From an uncultured Rickettsiales bacterium (lineage in GTDB: Bacteria > Pseudomonadota > Alphaproteobacteria > Rickettsiales > SXRF01), in the NCBI GenBank assembly GCA_964518725.1, contig CAZFKP010000015.1, positions 1,450 to 65,449 on the forward strand: 64,000 nt of DNA, in the 5' to 3' direction. Made by a program: the position numbers and the translations under genes. Positions 19,770 through 29,807 of this stretch are shown in pieces. Numbering within the stretch: the stretch's first letter is position 1; every line of letters begins with the position of its first letter. The notes beneath the pieces were generated by a model. The model saw only the letters and a program-made list of their open reading frames with translations, was not told where the DNA came from and ran no database searches.

Positions 19770-21308
19770 ATGAAACGACCATTTCCCTTTGCTTCTGCCG
19801 TGCTGCTTGGCGTGCTGCTATCGCCGTCGCTGCTGCGCGCCGCAGGTGAAAGCAACGAGGTGACGGTAGAGCAATTGTCGGAAGCTGCGCCGGAAACGCG
19901 TCCTGAACCTACCTTCCTGCCGGTTGTAGAAACCGAATTGCTTGGCAGTAAAAACGCCGATAGCGTGGCCAAACCCGTAACCTTGAGCAGCGATGCGCCG
20001 CCAGCCGATGCCAGCACAGCTGACACCAGTGCACCCGATAGTTTGCGCGATGCGCTGGCCTATGTCTATGAACACCACCCGCAACTGATGGCTGAGCGCG
20101 AAAAGCTGAAAGCCACTGAAGAATCCATATGGCTTGCCATTTCCGATTTCCGCCCCAACGTGGCTGCTGCCTATTCCAAAGGCCGCGAACGCACCAGCAG
20201 TAACGATGCGCGATGGAGTTATGGCGATACCGAAAGCCGTGGGCTAACTGTTACCCAGCCTATCTTCTCCGGGCTGGATGGCGTCGCTGGCCTCAAAGCC
20301 GCCCGCCAGCGGGTGAAGGCCGGACGCGCTGACCTCACCGCGCTCGAACAGCAAGTGCTGTATAATACTGTGGTTGCCTACACAGGCGTAGCGGAAGCGG
20401 AAGAAGTGCTGAAGCTCAATCAGAATAACGTCGATGTGCTCACCAAACAGCGTGATGCAACCAAGGTGCGCTTCGATGTCGGTGAGCTGACCAAGACCGA
20501 TGTATCACAGGCGGAAGCGCGGCTCGCCAGCGCCAAGGCCGACGAACAGCAGGCGGTCGGCGACGTGGCAATTGCACGGGCGAGCTTTATGCGTGCCGCT
20601 GGCTTTGCCGCACCAGATGCCCCCGCCATGCCCGCCTTGCCAGCCGGATTGCCCAAAGATATCACCGAGGCGAATGCCCTCGCACACGCCGCCAGCCCAA
20701 CACTGGAAGCTGCGCGTCGCCGTGAAAAAGCCTTTGCCGAAGATATCGGTGTGCGCGTCGGCGCGTTCATTCCCGATGTCAGCGTGCAGGGCACTGTGCG
20801 GCGCACCGAAGGCGGTAATGGCTTTACCCGCAGTTATGATTCCGACGAGCTGATGTTGAACGTGGCCATCCCGCTCTATCAATCCGGCGCTGAATATGCC
20901 CGCCTGCGCGAAGCACGCAAAATCGCATCGCAGGCGAAATACACCACCATGGATACGATGCTTGCTGTGGAGCAAGATGTTGCCAGCGCGTGGCAGAATT
21001 ATATTACTTCAGAGAGTGTGATCACCTCTACCCAGGCCGCGAAAGAGGCCGCAACACTGGCTCTGGAAGGGGTTCGGCAGGAAAATGAATTCGGTGTACG
21101 TACCGTGCTTGATGTGCTCGATGCCGAACAGGAATTAATGAATACTAATGTGAACCTGATCCGCGCCACCCGGAACTATAAAATTCAGGCTTACCGGCTG
21201 CTGGCTTCGGTTGGAAAATTAACGGCGCATGAACTTGCTCTTCCCGTTAAATATTTTGAAAGCGATTCTCCCGACGATCATGTAAAAAATCAGTTGCTTG
21301 GATGGTGA
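19770..21308 (+). CDS. tolC: TolC-family outer membrane efflux protein
   Basis: RDALAYVYEHHPQLMAEREKLKATEESIWLAISDFRPNV; coiled-coil repeats; VRTVLDVLDAEQELMNTNVNLIRATRNYKIQAYRLLASVG. Confidence 0.9.
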   Translation: MKRPFPFASAVLLGVLLSPSLLRAAGESNEVTVEQLSEAAPETRPEPTFLPVVETELLGSKNADSVAKPVTLSSDAPPADASTADTSAPDSLRDALAYVYEHHPQLMAEREKLKATEESIWLAISDFRPNVAAAYSKGRERTSSNDARWSYGDTESRGLTVTQPIFSGLDGVAGLKAARQRVKAGRADLTALEQQVLYNTVVAYTGVAEAEEVLKLNQNNVDVLTKQRDATKVRFDVGELTKTDVSQAEARLASAKADEQQAVGDVAIARASFMRAAGFAAPDAPAMPALPAGLPKDITEANALAHAASPTLEAARRREKAFAEDIGVRVGAFIPDVSVQGTVRRTEGGNGFTRSYDSDELMLNVAIPLYQSGAEYARLREARKIASQAKYTTMDTMLAVEQDVASAWQNYITSESVITSTQAAKEAATLALEGVRQENEFGVRTVLDVLDAEQELMNTNVNLIRATRNYKIQAYRLLASVGKLTAHELALPVKYFESDSPDDHVKNQLLGW

Positions 21309-21381
21309 TAATAGTTTTTTAATGGCAGTAAGTTAGAATGTGTGCAACAACGGTTGCATATCAGAAGGATGAGGATGCGCC

Positions 21382-21951
21382 ATGGAGGCTAAAGCTAAAG
21401 CCGGGGAAGATGATCTCTCGATGGAAGAAATTCTTCAGTCGATCCGCAAGATTATTGCGGAAGACGGGGATGAGGCGCCTACAAACGGTGCAGCACATGC
21501 CGCACCGGCAATCACTTCCGACGTGTTGGAGCTTACCGATATGGTAGAAGAACAACCCGCAGAAACTGCCAAGGCTTCCGCCGCAAATTCGCAGGATGCC
21601 GTGAACGATATCCTGAGCACCATCGACCAGGTGGTGGTTCCCGAAACTCCCGCGCCGAAGCCTGCTGCGCCTGTTGCGGTTGCCCCTGCCGCGTCGGTTA
21701 ATGACCAGGCCTATATTGATTCACTGTTATCCGCAGAAGCTGCTACGGCAACGGTGGCTGCTTTCAAAAAAGCACACCCGCCCGAACAGCCTATCATTAC
21801 CACGCCATCCGCCCATTTCCGTGGCGGCAACACGGTCGAGGATTTGGTGATGGAGTCACTGAAGCCGATGTTAAAACAGTGGCTGGATCTCAACTTGCCG
21901 AATATTGTCGAACGCATTGTTGAGCGCGAAATCAAAAAACTGACGGATTAA
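21382..21951 (+). CDS. popZ: PopZ/DUF2497-family polar organising protein
   Basis: N-terminal LSMEEILQSIRKIIAED; C-terminal LVMESLKPMLKQWLDLNLPNIVERIVEREIKKL. Confidence 0.85.
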   Translation: MEAKAKAGEDDLSMEEILQSIRKIIAEDGDEAPTNGAAHAAPAITSDVLELTDMVEEQPAETAKASAANSQDAVNDILSTIDQVVVPETPAPKPAAPVAVAPAASVNDQAYIDSLLSAEAATATVAAFKKAHPPEQPIITTPSAHFRGGNTVEDLVMESLKPMLKQWLDLNLPNIVERIVEREIKKLTD

Positions 21952-22027
21952 AATCCGCACGATTCTATTGAAATCCGCCCGTTTTGTGCGTATGCATGGT
22001 AGTTCCAACCACACGGAATAATATGCC

Positions 22028-23749
22028 ATGACCACCAGCAACGACAAAAAAAACCTCCCTTCCCGCCACGTCACCGTTGGGCCAGAGCGCGCCCCGCACC
22101 GCAGCTACCTTTATTCCATGGGGCTGACGGAAGCGCAGATTTACCAGCCGCTGGTCGGCGTCGCGACGACATGGAACGAAGCCGCCCCCTGCAACATCAC
22201 CCTCGCCCGGCAGGCGCAGGTGGTGAAGAAAGGTGTCAGTGCCGCCGGTGGCACGCCCCGCGAATTCACGACCATCACCGTCACCGATGGCATCGCCATG
22301 GGGCACCAGGGAATGAAGTCGTCGCTCGTCTCCCGCGAAGTGATCGCCGATTCGGTGGAGCTCACCATGCGTGGCCACAGCTATGACGCCATCGTTGGCC
22401 TTGCCGGTTGCGATAAATCCCTACCCGGCCTGATGATGGCGATGGTGAGGCTGAACGTGCCGTCAGTGTTCATGTATGGCGGCTCCATCCTGCCCGGGAA
22501 GTTCAAAGGCAAGGACGTCACCGTGGTGGATGTGTTTGAAGGTGTCGGCAAACATGCAGCAGGAAACATGAGCGACGAAGATTTGCACGCGCTCGAACAA
22601 GTCGCCTGCCCTTCGGCGGGCAGTTGCGGCGGGCAGTTCACCGCCAACACCATGGCCTGTGTATCGGAAGCGATTGGTCTTGCCCTGCCCGGTTCCGCGG
22701 GTGCTCCAGCGCCCTATGAAGCACGCGATGCGTTTGCTTTTGAATCCGGCATAGCGGTGATGGAACTTATTAAAAAGAAAATCCGCCCCCGCGATATCGT
22801 GACACTCAAAGCGCTGGAAAATGCTGCAGCCGTCGTTGCGGCAACCGGCGGATCGACCAACGGCGCGCTGCACCTGCCGGCCATTGCCCATGAGTGTGGC
22901 ATTGATTTTGATCTGCATGCGGTCGGGAAGATTTTTGCGAAAACACCGTATCTGGCTGATCTCATGCCCGGCGGAAAATATACCGCGAAGGACTTGTATG
23001 AGGCAGGCGGTGTGCAGGCGGTCATGCGTACATTGCTGGATGGCGGGTTCCTGCATGGTGACTGCATGACTGTGACCGGAAAAACGGTGGCAGAGAATTT
23101 GAAAGGCATCACGCTGCGTGACAACCAGACGGTCATTTATCCGGCTAGCAAACCACTCTCCCCTACTGGCGGCGTGGTAACACTGAAGGGTAACCTTGCT
23201 TCTGAAGGCGCGATCGTCAAGGTGGCAGGACTCAAGAAACTGGTATTCACCGGCAAGGCGCTGTGCTTCGATTGCGAAGAAGATGCGTTTGCGGCGGTGG
23301 ATGCCGGGAAATACAAAGCCGGTGATGTAATCGTCATCCGCTACGAAGGTCCGAAAGGTGGTCCCGGCATGCGCGAAATGCTTTCCACCACCGCTGCCAT
23401 TTACGGCCAGGGGCGCGGCGAAGATGTGGCACTGATTACCGATGGGCGTTTCTCCGGAGGTACACGCGGATTCTGTATCGGGCACGTGGGTCCGGAAGCG
23501 GCGGTCGGCGGCGTGATTGCGCTACTTAAAGATGGCGACGAAATCACTATCGACGCCACCAAGGGCACCATTGATGTAAAACTTTCAGATGCCGAGCTAA
23601 ACGAGCGCAAAAAAGCATGGAAACCGCGCGCGCATGATTACCAGAGTGGTGCGCTGTGGAAATATGCGGCCACCGTCGGTACTGCTGAAAAAGGTGCCGT
23701 CACTCACCCGGGCGGTGCAAAAGAAACCCACGTGTTTGCGGATATCTGA
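22028..23749 (+). CDS. ilvD: Dihydroxy-acid dehydratase
   Basis: CNITLARQAQVVK, CPSAGSCGGQFTANTMACVSEAIGLALPGS, VTLKGNLASEGAIVKVAG, GRFSGGTRGFCIGHVGPEA. Confidence 0.96.
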   Translation: MTTSNDKKNLPSRHVTVGPERAPHRSYLYSMGLTEAQIYQPLVGVATTWNEAAPCNITLARQAQVVKKGVSAAGGTPREFTTITVTDGIAMGHQGMKSSLVSREVIADSVELTMRGHSYDAIVGLAGCDKSLPGLMMAMVRLNVPSVFMYGGSILPGKFKGKDVTVVDVFEGVGKHAAGNMSDEDLHALEQVACPSAGSCGGQFTANTMACVSEAIGLALPGSAGAPAPYEARDAFAFESGIAVMELIKKKIRPRDIVTLKALENAAAVVAATGGSTNGALHLPAIAHECGIDFDLHAVGKIFAKTPYLADLMPGGKYTAKDLYEAGGVQAVMRTLLDGGFLHGDCMTVTGKTVAENLKGITLRDNQTVIYPASKPLSPTGGVVTLKGNLASEGAIVKVAGLKKLVFTGKALCFDCEEDAFAAVDAGKYKAGDVIVIRYEGPKGGPGMREMLSTTAAIYGQGRGEDVALITDGRFSGGTRGFCIGHVGPEAAVGGVIALLKDGDEITIDATKGTIDVKLSDAELNERKKAWKPRAHDYQSGALWKYAATVGTAEKGAVTHPGGAKETHVFADI

Positions 23750-23765
23750 TTGACATGCTCATCGC

Positions 23766-24530
23766 TTAGAACGGCGAGAGCACCTCGATCACCTGGCTGC
23801 CCCAGCGCGGTTGCTGGATTTCGCTGATCTGTCCGCGTCCACCGTAATTGATGCGCGACTGGGCAACTTGCGAGGATTCAATCGTGTTATCCGAATTGAT
23901 ATCCTGCGGGCGCACCACGCCTTTGATCGACACTTCGCGCAGCTCGTAATTAACCCGGATCTCCTGTGAACCTTCAATCACCAGATTGCCGTTCGGCAGT
24001 ATCTGGGTCACGAGCGCTGCCACCTGCGTTTCAATTTTTTCCTTACGCTTGATGCTGCCGGTGCCGGTGGTGTTGGATTTTCCGTCGAGATCAATCAGGC
24101 TCGCTGGATTTTCCTTGCCGGGAAGGTTGTTGAATATTTTATTCTCCATGCCGAACAATGCCGGAACCCCAAGGCTCTCCGAAGAAGCCCGGTCACGCGC
24201 AGTTTCATTATCCAGCTCCGCCTTGTCTTCGAATTTTATGTTCACCCGTAAGATATCGCCCACCCGTGCGGCGCGCTGGTCGCGGAAGAAGGCGCGTGAA
24301 CCGGGTTGCCATAGTGAATTGGCGTATTGTTTTGGTGCCGGTTGTGTTTCCGGCAGCGGCCACGATAGCGGTTCATAGTTTGGCGCAGTCGTCGGATTGG
24401 AAACCTCAGCAAATTTCGGTGGCTTACCCACATCATCTAACCGATCAAGCGTTGAGGTGCAGCCCGAAAGGATGCTGCCGATCATTAGCACCGGGAGGAA
24501 CTTAGTTTTCATAGGTTGCTCCATGCTCAA
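23766..24530 (-). CDS. flgH: Flagellar L-ring protein FlgH
   Basis: Lipobox LSGC; SLWQPGSRAFFRDQRAARVGDILRVNI; LPNGNLVIEGSQEIRVNYELREVSIKGVVRPQDI. Confidence 0.95.
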   Translation of the reverse strand: MSMEQPMKTKFLPVLMIGSILSGCTSTLDRLDDVGKPPKFAEVSNPTTAPNYEPLSWPLPETQPAPKQYANSLWQPGSRAFFRDQRAARVGDILRVNIKFEDKAELDNETARDRASSESLGVPALFGMENKIFNNLPGKENPASLIDLDGKSNTTGTGSIKRKEKIETQVAALVTQILPNGNLVIEGSQEIRVNYELREVSIKGVVRPQDINSDNTIESSQVAQSRINYGGRGQISEIQQPRWGSQVIEVLSPF

Positions 24531-25335
24531 GGTTGCTCATCCTCAGGTCGCCACCGCCAATCACGACGGTGTTCTCATCCTGCACAGTGCCTTGCACTAT
24601 TTTTTTGCTCTCGGTATTGCGGACGTTGATGACGGAACCGAGGATGCCATCGGTCATGGCTTGCCCATTGGTGGAGATCGCCATCCCCCCATCTTTATAC
24701 ACCATTTTGACCAAACCATTTTTCTTGACCACAGCCGCTTGTTCCAGCTCTGTCGCGCGGATAGGTCGCCCGGCGGAAATAACGCGCTCAGGTGATTTTC
24801 CAACCAGCGACGCCATATCGACAATCGTATCGGCGCGCGCGCGCGCCTTGGCGTAATCGCGCAGCTCAACATCGCTCGCGGTAATTATCTCTCCTGCCCG
24901 CACGCTGCGCTTCAGCACCGGCACCTCCACCATTTCGTTGTAGCGGCCGGAAATGGGGCGGGCGCTGATGACATCTGTTCCGGAGATGGAGACGAGGTTC
25001 GCAGAGAAGCGTTGCGTATCCGGATTAAACCTCAACCCGCGAATCTCAACACTGATCGGCTGGCTGAAAGAAAACAGATAATCCTCACCCTGAGAGTTAG
25101 TGATATCGGCAGAAACCTTCGCGCCTGCTCCACGCTCGGCCAGCGCCTGCGAGATGGCTTCCTCGGCGTCGGCATAGGTCAGCCTGAAATAGGGCGCATT
25201 CGCCGATCCATCGGCTTCGCTTGTCGATTCTGCAGCCTCTGAGGCCACGGGTTTGGGGTCGCTTTGCAGCGCCATCGCCGGTGTCACCAGCATCAGCACC
25301 GCGCCAAAAATAAAACCTTTCAAACGTTCACTCAT
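24502..25335 (-). CDS. flgA: Flagellar basal body P-ring formation chaperone FlgA
   Basis: SAF-type domain: VPVLKRSVRAGEIITASDVE, GKSPERVISAGRPIRATELEQAAVVKKNGLVKMVYKDGGMAISTNGQAM. Confidence 0.93.
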   Translation of the reverse strand: MSERLKGFIFGAVLMLVTPAMALQSDPKPVASEAAESTSEADGSANAPYFRLTYADAEEAISQALAERGAGAKVSADITNSQGEDYLFSFSQPISVEIRGLRFNPDTQRFSANLVSISGTDVISARPISGRYNEMVEVPVLKRSVRAGEIITASDVELRDYAKARARADTIVDMASLVGKSPERVISAGRPIRATELEQAAVVKKNGLVKMVYKDGGMAISTNGQAMTDGILGSVINVRNTESKKIVQGTVQDENTVVIGGGDLRMSNLEHGATYEN

Positions 25336-25344
25336 AAATCCCCC

Positions 25345-26130
25345 TTAGACGCTTTGCGTGAGTGCCTGCAGCATGTCATCGCTTTTGGTAATGGCCTTAC
25401 TGATCATCTCGTAGACACGCTGTGCCTTAATCAGGTTGGTCAGCTCGCTGACCGGATCGACGTTCGAATTCTCAAGGAATCCTTGAAGAATGGAACCGAA
25501 CTCATCAGTATCCGGATTGCCGACAATCGGCGAACCGGACGCGGTGGTTTCGAGGTAGGAGTTATTACCGATGGACTGCAACCCGGCCTCATTTACAAAA
25601 TTGGCCACCTGAAGCTGACCAAGGTTTTGGGCGTCAATCTGACCGGGAATGGTGGCAAACACCTCCCCCGACTGGTTGATGCTAATTTCGGTGGCGTTGT
25701 TCGGAATGGTAATCGCCGGTTCCAGCGGGAAACCATCAATGGTTACAAGCTCGCCGTCGGCACTTACCTGAAACACGCCCGCCCGCGAATAGGCAATCGT
25801 GCCGTCCGGTTGGGTGATTTGGAAAAACCCCTTCCCCTGAATGGCAAGATCAAGCGGGTTCGACGTATTCTGCATGGCACCTTGTGTGTGCGTGCGGTAA
25901 ATCGCCCCGGTTTTTACACCAAGACCAACCTGAATCCCTGTCGGCACAATGGTGCCGGTATCCGAAGAGTTGGCACCCACGCGTTTCTCATTCTGGTAGA
26001 GGAGATCCTGGAATTCCGGGCGCTGTTCCTTGTACCCCGTGGTGTTGATATTCGCGAGATTCTGCGAAATCACATCGACGTAAAACTGCTGGGCGAGCAT
26101 CCCGGTAGAAGCAATATCAAGTGAACGCAT
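25345..26130 (-). CDS. flgG: Flagellar distal rod protein FlgG
   Basis: MRSLDIASTGMLAQQFYVDVISQNLANINTTGYKEQRPEFQDLLYQ; VIKAQRVYEMISKAITKSDDMLQ. Confidence 0.96.
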   Translation of the reverse strand: MRSLDIASTGMLAQQFYVDVISQNLANINTTGYKEQRPEFQDLLYQNEKRVGANSSDTGTIVPTGIQVGLGVKTGAIYRTHTQGAMQNTSNPLDLAIQGKGFFQITQPDGTIAYSRAGVFQVSADGELVTIDGFPLEPAITIPNNATEISINQSGEVFATIPGQIDAQNLGQLQVANFVNEAGLQSIGNNSYLETTASGSPIVGNPDTDEFGSILQGFLENSNVDPVSELTNLIKAQRVYEMISKAITKSDDMLQALTQSV

Positions 26131-26140
26131 ACGTTATTCC

Positions 26141-26878
26141 CTATCCTTGTTGTGTCCACGCATTGGTGGTTTTCCGTTGTAAGTCGTAGATGGTCTCAAT
26201 GTATTTGGCGGTAGTGCTGACGCTACGCGATACATCAATCATATGCGTCAACTCGATCACCGGTTGGACGTTGGCGTTTTCCAGAGTGCCCTGCGACATG
26301 CGGACGTTATCTTCATTGCCAATTTCCGGCTCAACATCGCTTTTAAACAAGCCGTTGCCGATCTGCTCCATCAATTGCGGGTTTTCATAGATGGCAACGC
26401 CAATGGTGCTGAAATCTTCGCCGTTGACGGTGATGTTGCCAGCCGTGCCAATGACGATATCCTGTGTTTCGGGCGGGAACTCAATCGGCTGGCCGGACGC
26501 ATCCAGCACCTTGTACCCGCTGGGGGTAATCAGTGCGCCGCTTTCATCCAGCGAAAAATTGCCGGCACGGGTGTAGCGTGTGCCAAGGGGGGTTTCCACC
26601 ATGAAATAGGATCCGGCTCCCTCAAGCGCCACGTCGAGTTGCCCGCCGGTCACGCGGCGGCTGCCTTCCTGCACGTAGCGGTAGGAGGAAACGTCATTGG
26701 CAAACGACATGTTATTGTGATTGCCCTGATTATTGTCCTTTTTCAGATATTCGGAGAAGATAATTTTTTCCGCCTGGAAACCAGTGGTATTGGCGTTGGC
26801 AATGTTATTCGTCGTCTCCGCCATGTCGCGGAAAAGCGCCAGTTGTCTTGATAATGCAATGTAAATGCCGTTGTCCAT
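26141..26878 (-). CDS. flgF: Flagellar rod protein FlgF
   Basis: MDNGIYIALSRQLALFRDMAETTNNIANANTTGFQAEK; ORF-track start (27046) is upstream of this conserved start. Confidence 0.93.
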   Translation of the reverse strand: MDNGIYIALSRQLALFRDMAETTNNIANANTTGFQAEKIIFSEYLKKDNNQGNHNNMSFANDVSSYRYVQEGSRRVTGGQLDVALEGAGSYFMVETPLGTRYTRAGNFSLDESGALITPSGYKVLDASGQPIEFPPETQDIVIGTAGNITVNGEDFSTIGVAIYENPQLMEQIGNGLFKSDVEPEIGNEDNVRMSQGTLENANVQPVIELTHMIDVSRSVSTTAKYIETIYDLQRKTTNAWTQQG

Positions 26879-26912
26879 GCCTCCTGTTATGCATGAACTG
26901 TGCCAACTGGTT

Positions 26913-28322
26913 TTAGGAGAGTGTTTTCGCAGGCCGCAATGCCGGAATACCATCCTGCCGACGCAGGCTATTGGCGATGTCGGTGTATAATTGCGGTGGC
27001 ATGAATTCCTGATGGGCTGGATTGCGTTCAAAGGTTTGGTGAGCAAGCCTTGGCGAGCCGGATGAAATAATTTCGGTACTTAAGGTGGTGACCGCTATGG
27101 GTGTACTGTCGTTCAATAATTGCTCAAGTTTCTTGCGAGCATCATCGAACTCTTTGCCGCGATCTTCCTTAAGCGGCGGAATGGTGATAATAACTTTTCC
27201 ATTGTCCATGCGCTCGGCATATACGGATAAATCGTTGCATAAAGGATAAGGCTTGCGAAACTCGTTCGGATCGATACGGCTTAAGGCAAACAAATCATTG
27301 AGTGGCCCCATGTGGGAATCATCATATAAAGTTGCCTGATTAAATTCAATTTGCAGAAGCGGATTATCAGGAAAGCTGAAATGCGGTCGCCAGCCCGTGG
27401 TCACTTCCGGTAAGTGTTCGGCCTCTGGGTGGGTGAAGCCGTACTTGATATTGCACATGGTCTCCAGCACGCTGCGCGCCATGTGGAGTTTTTCTGGGGC
27501 GGTTTCCAGGTGGCGTAATTCCATTCGCCCCTTAGCTGTGCGTATACCATTCGAACGTTGAGGGGAAGCCCTGCGCCCTTCTCCTGCAGCATAGGTCAGG
27601 GCAGCCACCGCTGCTTTTGACTTCTGCAGGTCTTCACCGGTTTCGTTCTCAAAAATATTTCTCGCCCCCGGTTCAAACGGCTTGCCACCCCCCCATACGC
27701 TGACATGCAAATGGATATGCACAGTATGTGCTCCCCTCACCTTGAGGGCGTGCATGAGCTGGTTATAGGCGGCAATGAACTCCAGCGGCTCCAGCGGTTT
27801 GGTTCGTATCTCCAGCGTTCTCGGCTCGTCGCGCCAGCCAATGCCTTCCCGCGCCCGACCATAGCGATATTCAGTAATGTCACTTAGCTCACCCTTCATC
27901 AGCCAGTTACCTTCAGGATCCTGCAAGCCATGCAATTCGAGCATGGCAAGATAATGCACTGAGAAAGTGGCGATTTCATTTTTTAGTGTTTCTGCCCACG
28001 TACTATCGCCTCCATTTTTCGCATAATCACCCAGAGCTTTTTCAAGTCTGGCGAGTAATAAAGGTGTGTCTTTCGGTAAAATGGATCCCTGATCGAAATC
28101 AATATCGCTGCCAAAGCAGAACGAAACCTCGCGGGAATCCCCATGCACAGACATTTTGTCGGGAGCCTGCATGGCTTTGATCGCCGCAAGGATTTTCATA
28201 TTTGACTGCCAAGTCACCGGCGTTACGGCGGTGGGGTGGGTTTTTGTCCAATCAATATCCGGGATGCTTATCATTCCAACCTTGTTCGCCTTGTCGCCAT
28301 TGACTAGCATATTATATTCCAT
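26913..28322 (-). CDS. Uncharacterised protein, possible amidoligase/glutamine-synthetase-like fold
   Basis: GWRDEPRTLEIRTKPLEPLEFIAAYNQLMHALKVRGAHTVHIHLHVSV loosely resembles carboxylate-amine ligase motifs; family assignment weak. Confidence 0.35.
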   Translation of the reverse strand: MEYNMLVNGDKANKVGMISIPDIDWTKTHPTAVTPVTWQSNMKILAAIKAMQAPDKMSVHGDSREVSFCFGSDIDFDQGSILPKDTPLLLARLEKALGDYAKNGGDSTWAETLKNEIATFSVHYLAMLELHGLQDPEGNWLMKGELSDITEYRYGRAREGIGWRDEPRTLEIRTKPLEPLEFIAAYNQLMHALKVRGAHTVHIHLHVSVWGGGKPFEPGARNIFENETGEDLQKSKAAVAALTYAAGEGRRASPQRSNGIRTAKGRMELRHLETAPEKLHMARSVLETMCNIKYGFTHPEAEHLPEVTTGWRPHFSFPDNPLLQIEFNQATLYDDSHMGPLNDLFALSRIDPNEFRKPYPLCNDLSVYAERMDNGKVIITIPPLKEDRGKEFDDARKKLEQLLNDSTPIAVTTLSTEIISSGSPRLAHQTFERNPAHQEFMPPQLYTDIANSLRRQDGIPALRPAKTLS

Positions 28323-28394
28323 CGCCTGTTAACACAATATTTAGGAAACATACGCTAAATACTGTCCATACTAATTTATCCAAGGGGCGTTATT

Positions 28395-28913
28395 ATGGCC
28401 GAAGATGCAGACAAACCAACCGACGAGAAGCCCGAAGTCGCTGAAGGCGAAGGCTCCCCCGAGGGTGGGAAGAAGAAGTCCAAGAAAAAGCTAATTATCA
28501 TCGGCGGATTGGCTGTGGTGTTGCTTGCCGGTGGTGGAGCGGCGGCGTATTTCATGGGAATGTTCGGCGGTGGTGATGGGCACGCAGAAGAAAAGACGGT
28601 GCAGGAACAGGTGGTCTATTATTCCATGCCGGAAATGATCATCAACCTCGCCGCTCCCGGCAAGCAGGCAAGCTTCCTCAAGGCCACGGTGATCCTTGAA
28701 TTGCAGCATAAGCTTGATGCCGTTACGGTGGAGGCCAACCTGCCCCGCCTGATGGATGCGTTCAACACCTATGTGCGCGAACTTCGCCCGAGCGATCTCT
28801 CCGGCTCGGCAGGCATCACCCGGCTGCGCGAGGAGTTGTTACTGCGCGCCAACAAAGCCCTCGAACCCACCAAAATCAATGATGTGTTGTTCAAGGAAAT
28901 TGTTGTCCAGTAA
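28395..28913 (+). CDS. fliL: Flagellar basal body-associated protein FliL
   Basis: KKKLIIIGGLAVVLLAGGGAAAYF TM; YYSMPEMIINLAAPGKQASFLKATVILEL; C-terminal INDVLFKEIVVQ. Confidence 0.92.
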   Translation: MAEDADKPTDEKPEVAEGEGSPEGGKKKSKKKLIIIGGLAVVLLAGGGAAAYFMGMFGGGDGHAEEKTVQEQVVYYSMPEMIINLAAPGKQASFLKATVILELQHKLDAVTVEANLPRLMDAFNTYVRELRPSDLSGSAGITRLREELLLRANKALEPTKINDVLFKEIVVQ

Positions 28914-29754
28914 CCCTAGAGATTCTGGATTCACGCTCATTGAGCTGTCGATAGTCCTTATGATTATTGGCTTGCTGGTTGGTAGTATTGCGGGTGCACG
29001 CATCATGATCGCCAATGCTGATCTGCGCTCCGGCGTTGCCCAACTGGAATCATACAATCAGGCCGTTTATGCCTTCAAAAATAAATTTAACTGCCTGCCG
29101 GGAGATTGCATCAATAATAGGGCTATTGGCGGGCTAAATACCGGATATCATTGCGATAACGGCAATGGGGACGGACAGATCAATGACAGTTGTGGTGGCG
29201 GCTCTCTCTTGCCAGTCAGCGATGTGGAAGCATCGGCTTCGGCAGAGGCATGGCATTTCTGGTATATGCTATCGAGCATGCGCTACATTCCCGGCAGTTA
29301 TAATCCCGGCCAGGCTTACTCCATGGGGATTAACGCCGCCGCCTGGCCCATTTCATCGCCACTTACTAAATTCCCCTCGCAGCGGAATGCTGCCGCTTAT
29401 GATACGGTGCGTGTGTGGGCGTGGTTTTATGCCGGTTCTCATTACTGGGCATTTACCGGAGGAAATGTTGATGGAGCGTGCAACGGTTATGCTTTTTGCA
29501 TGCCCTTTACTCCTCTCACCGTATCGCTTGTCGATGTCAAAATGGATGATGGCATACCCGGCAGCGGCATTGTGGTAGCCACACGGCAAGGAACGGGATA
29601 CGGCGCCGATGGCAGCCCGCAATTCAACAACCCTTATACCACAGGAACTCCCGGCAATGCCGGATGCACGCTTACCACCGCCACACCGAACAGCTACAAC
29701 ATTACCTACACTGCCCAACCTTATTGCAACATGACGATCAAAACCAATTTTTAA
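28900..29754 (+). CDS. Type IV prepilin-like protein (pseudopilin N-terminal methylation motif), non-ATG start
   Basis: TTG-initiated reading gives (M)LSSNPRDSG|FTLIELSIVLMIIGLLVGSIAGARIM; remainder Gly/Asn/Cys rich globular domain. ORF-track frame 28756..29754. Confidence 0.72.
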   Translation: MLSSNPRDSGFTLIELSIVLMIIGLLVGSIAGARIMIANADLRSGVAQLESYNQAVYAFKNKFNCLPGDCINNRAIGGLNTGYHCDNGNGDGQINDSCGGGSLLPVSDVEASASAEAWHFWYMLSSMRYIPGSYNPGQAYSMGINAAAWPISSPLTKFPSQRNAAAYDTVRVWAWFYAGSHYWAFTGGNVDGACNGYAFCMPFTPLTVSLVDVKMDDGIPGSGIVVATRQGTGYGADGSPQFNNPYTTGTPGNAGCTLTTATPNSYNITYTAQPYCNMTIKTNF

Positions 29755-29807
29755 GAATGGCATAACTCTTGCGAGTGGTATGCCTATAGTATAGCTATAG
29801 GTGCATT

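Noticed and set aside
22463-23485. Long minus-strand ORF (340 aa) opposite ilvD
   Set aside because: Lies wholly antisense to a clear dihydroxy-acid dehydratase; residue composition is typical of GC-rich shadow ORFs.
25264-26124. Plus-strand 286-aa ORF opposite flgG
   Set aside because: Antisense shadow of highly conserved flgG.
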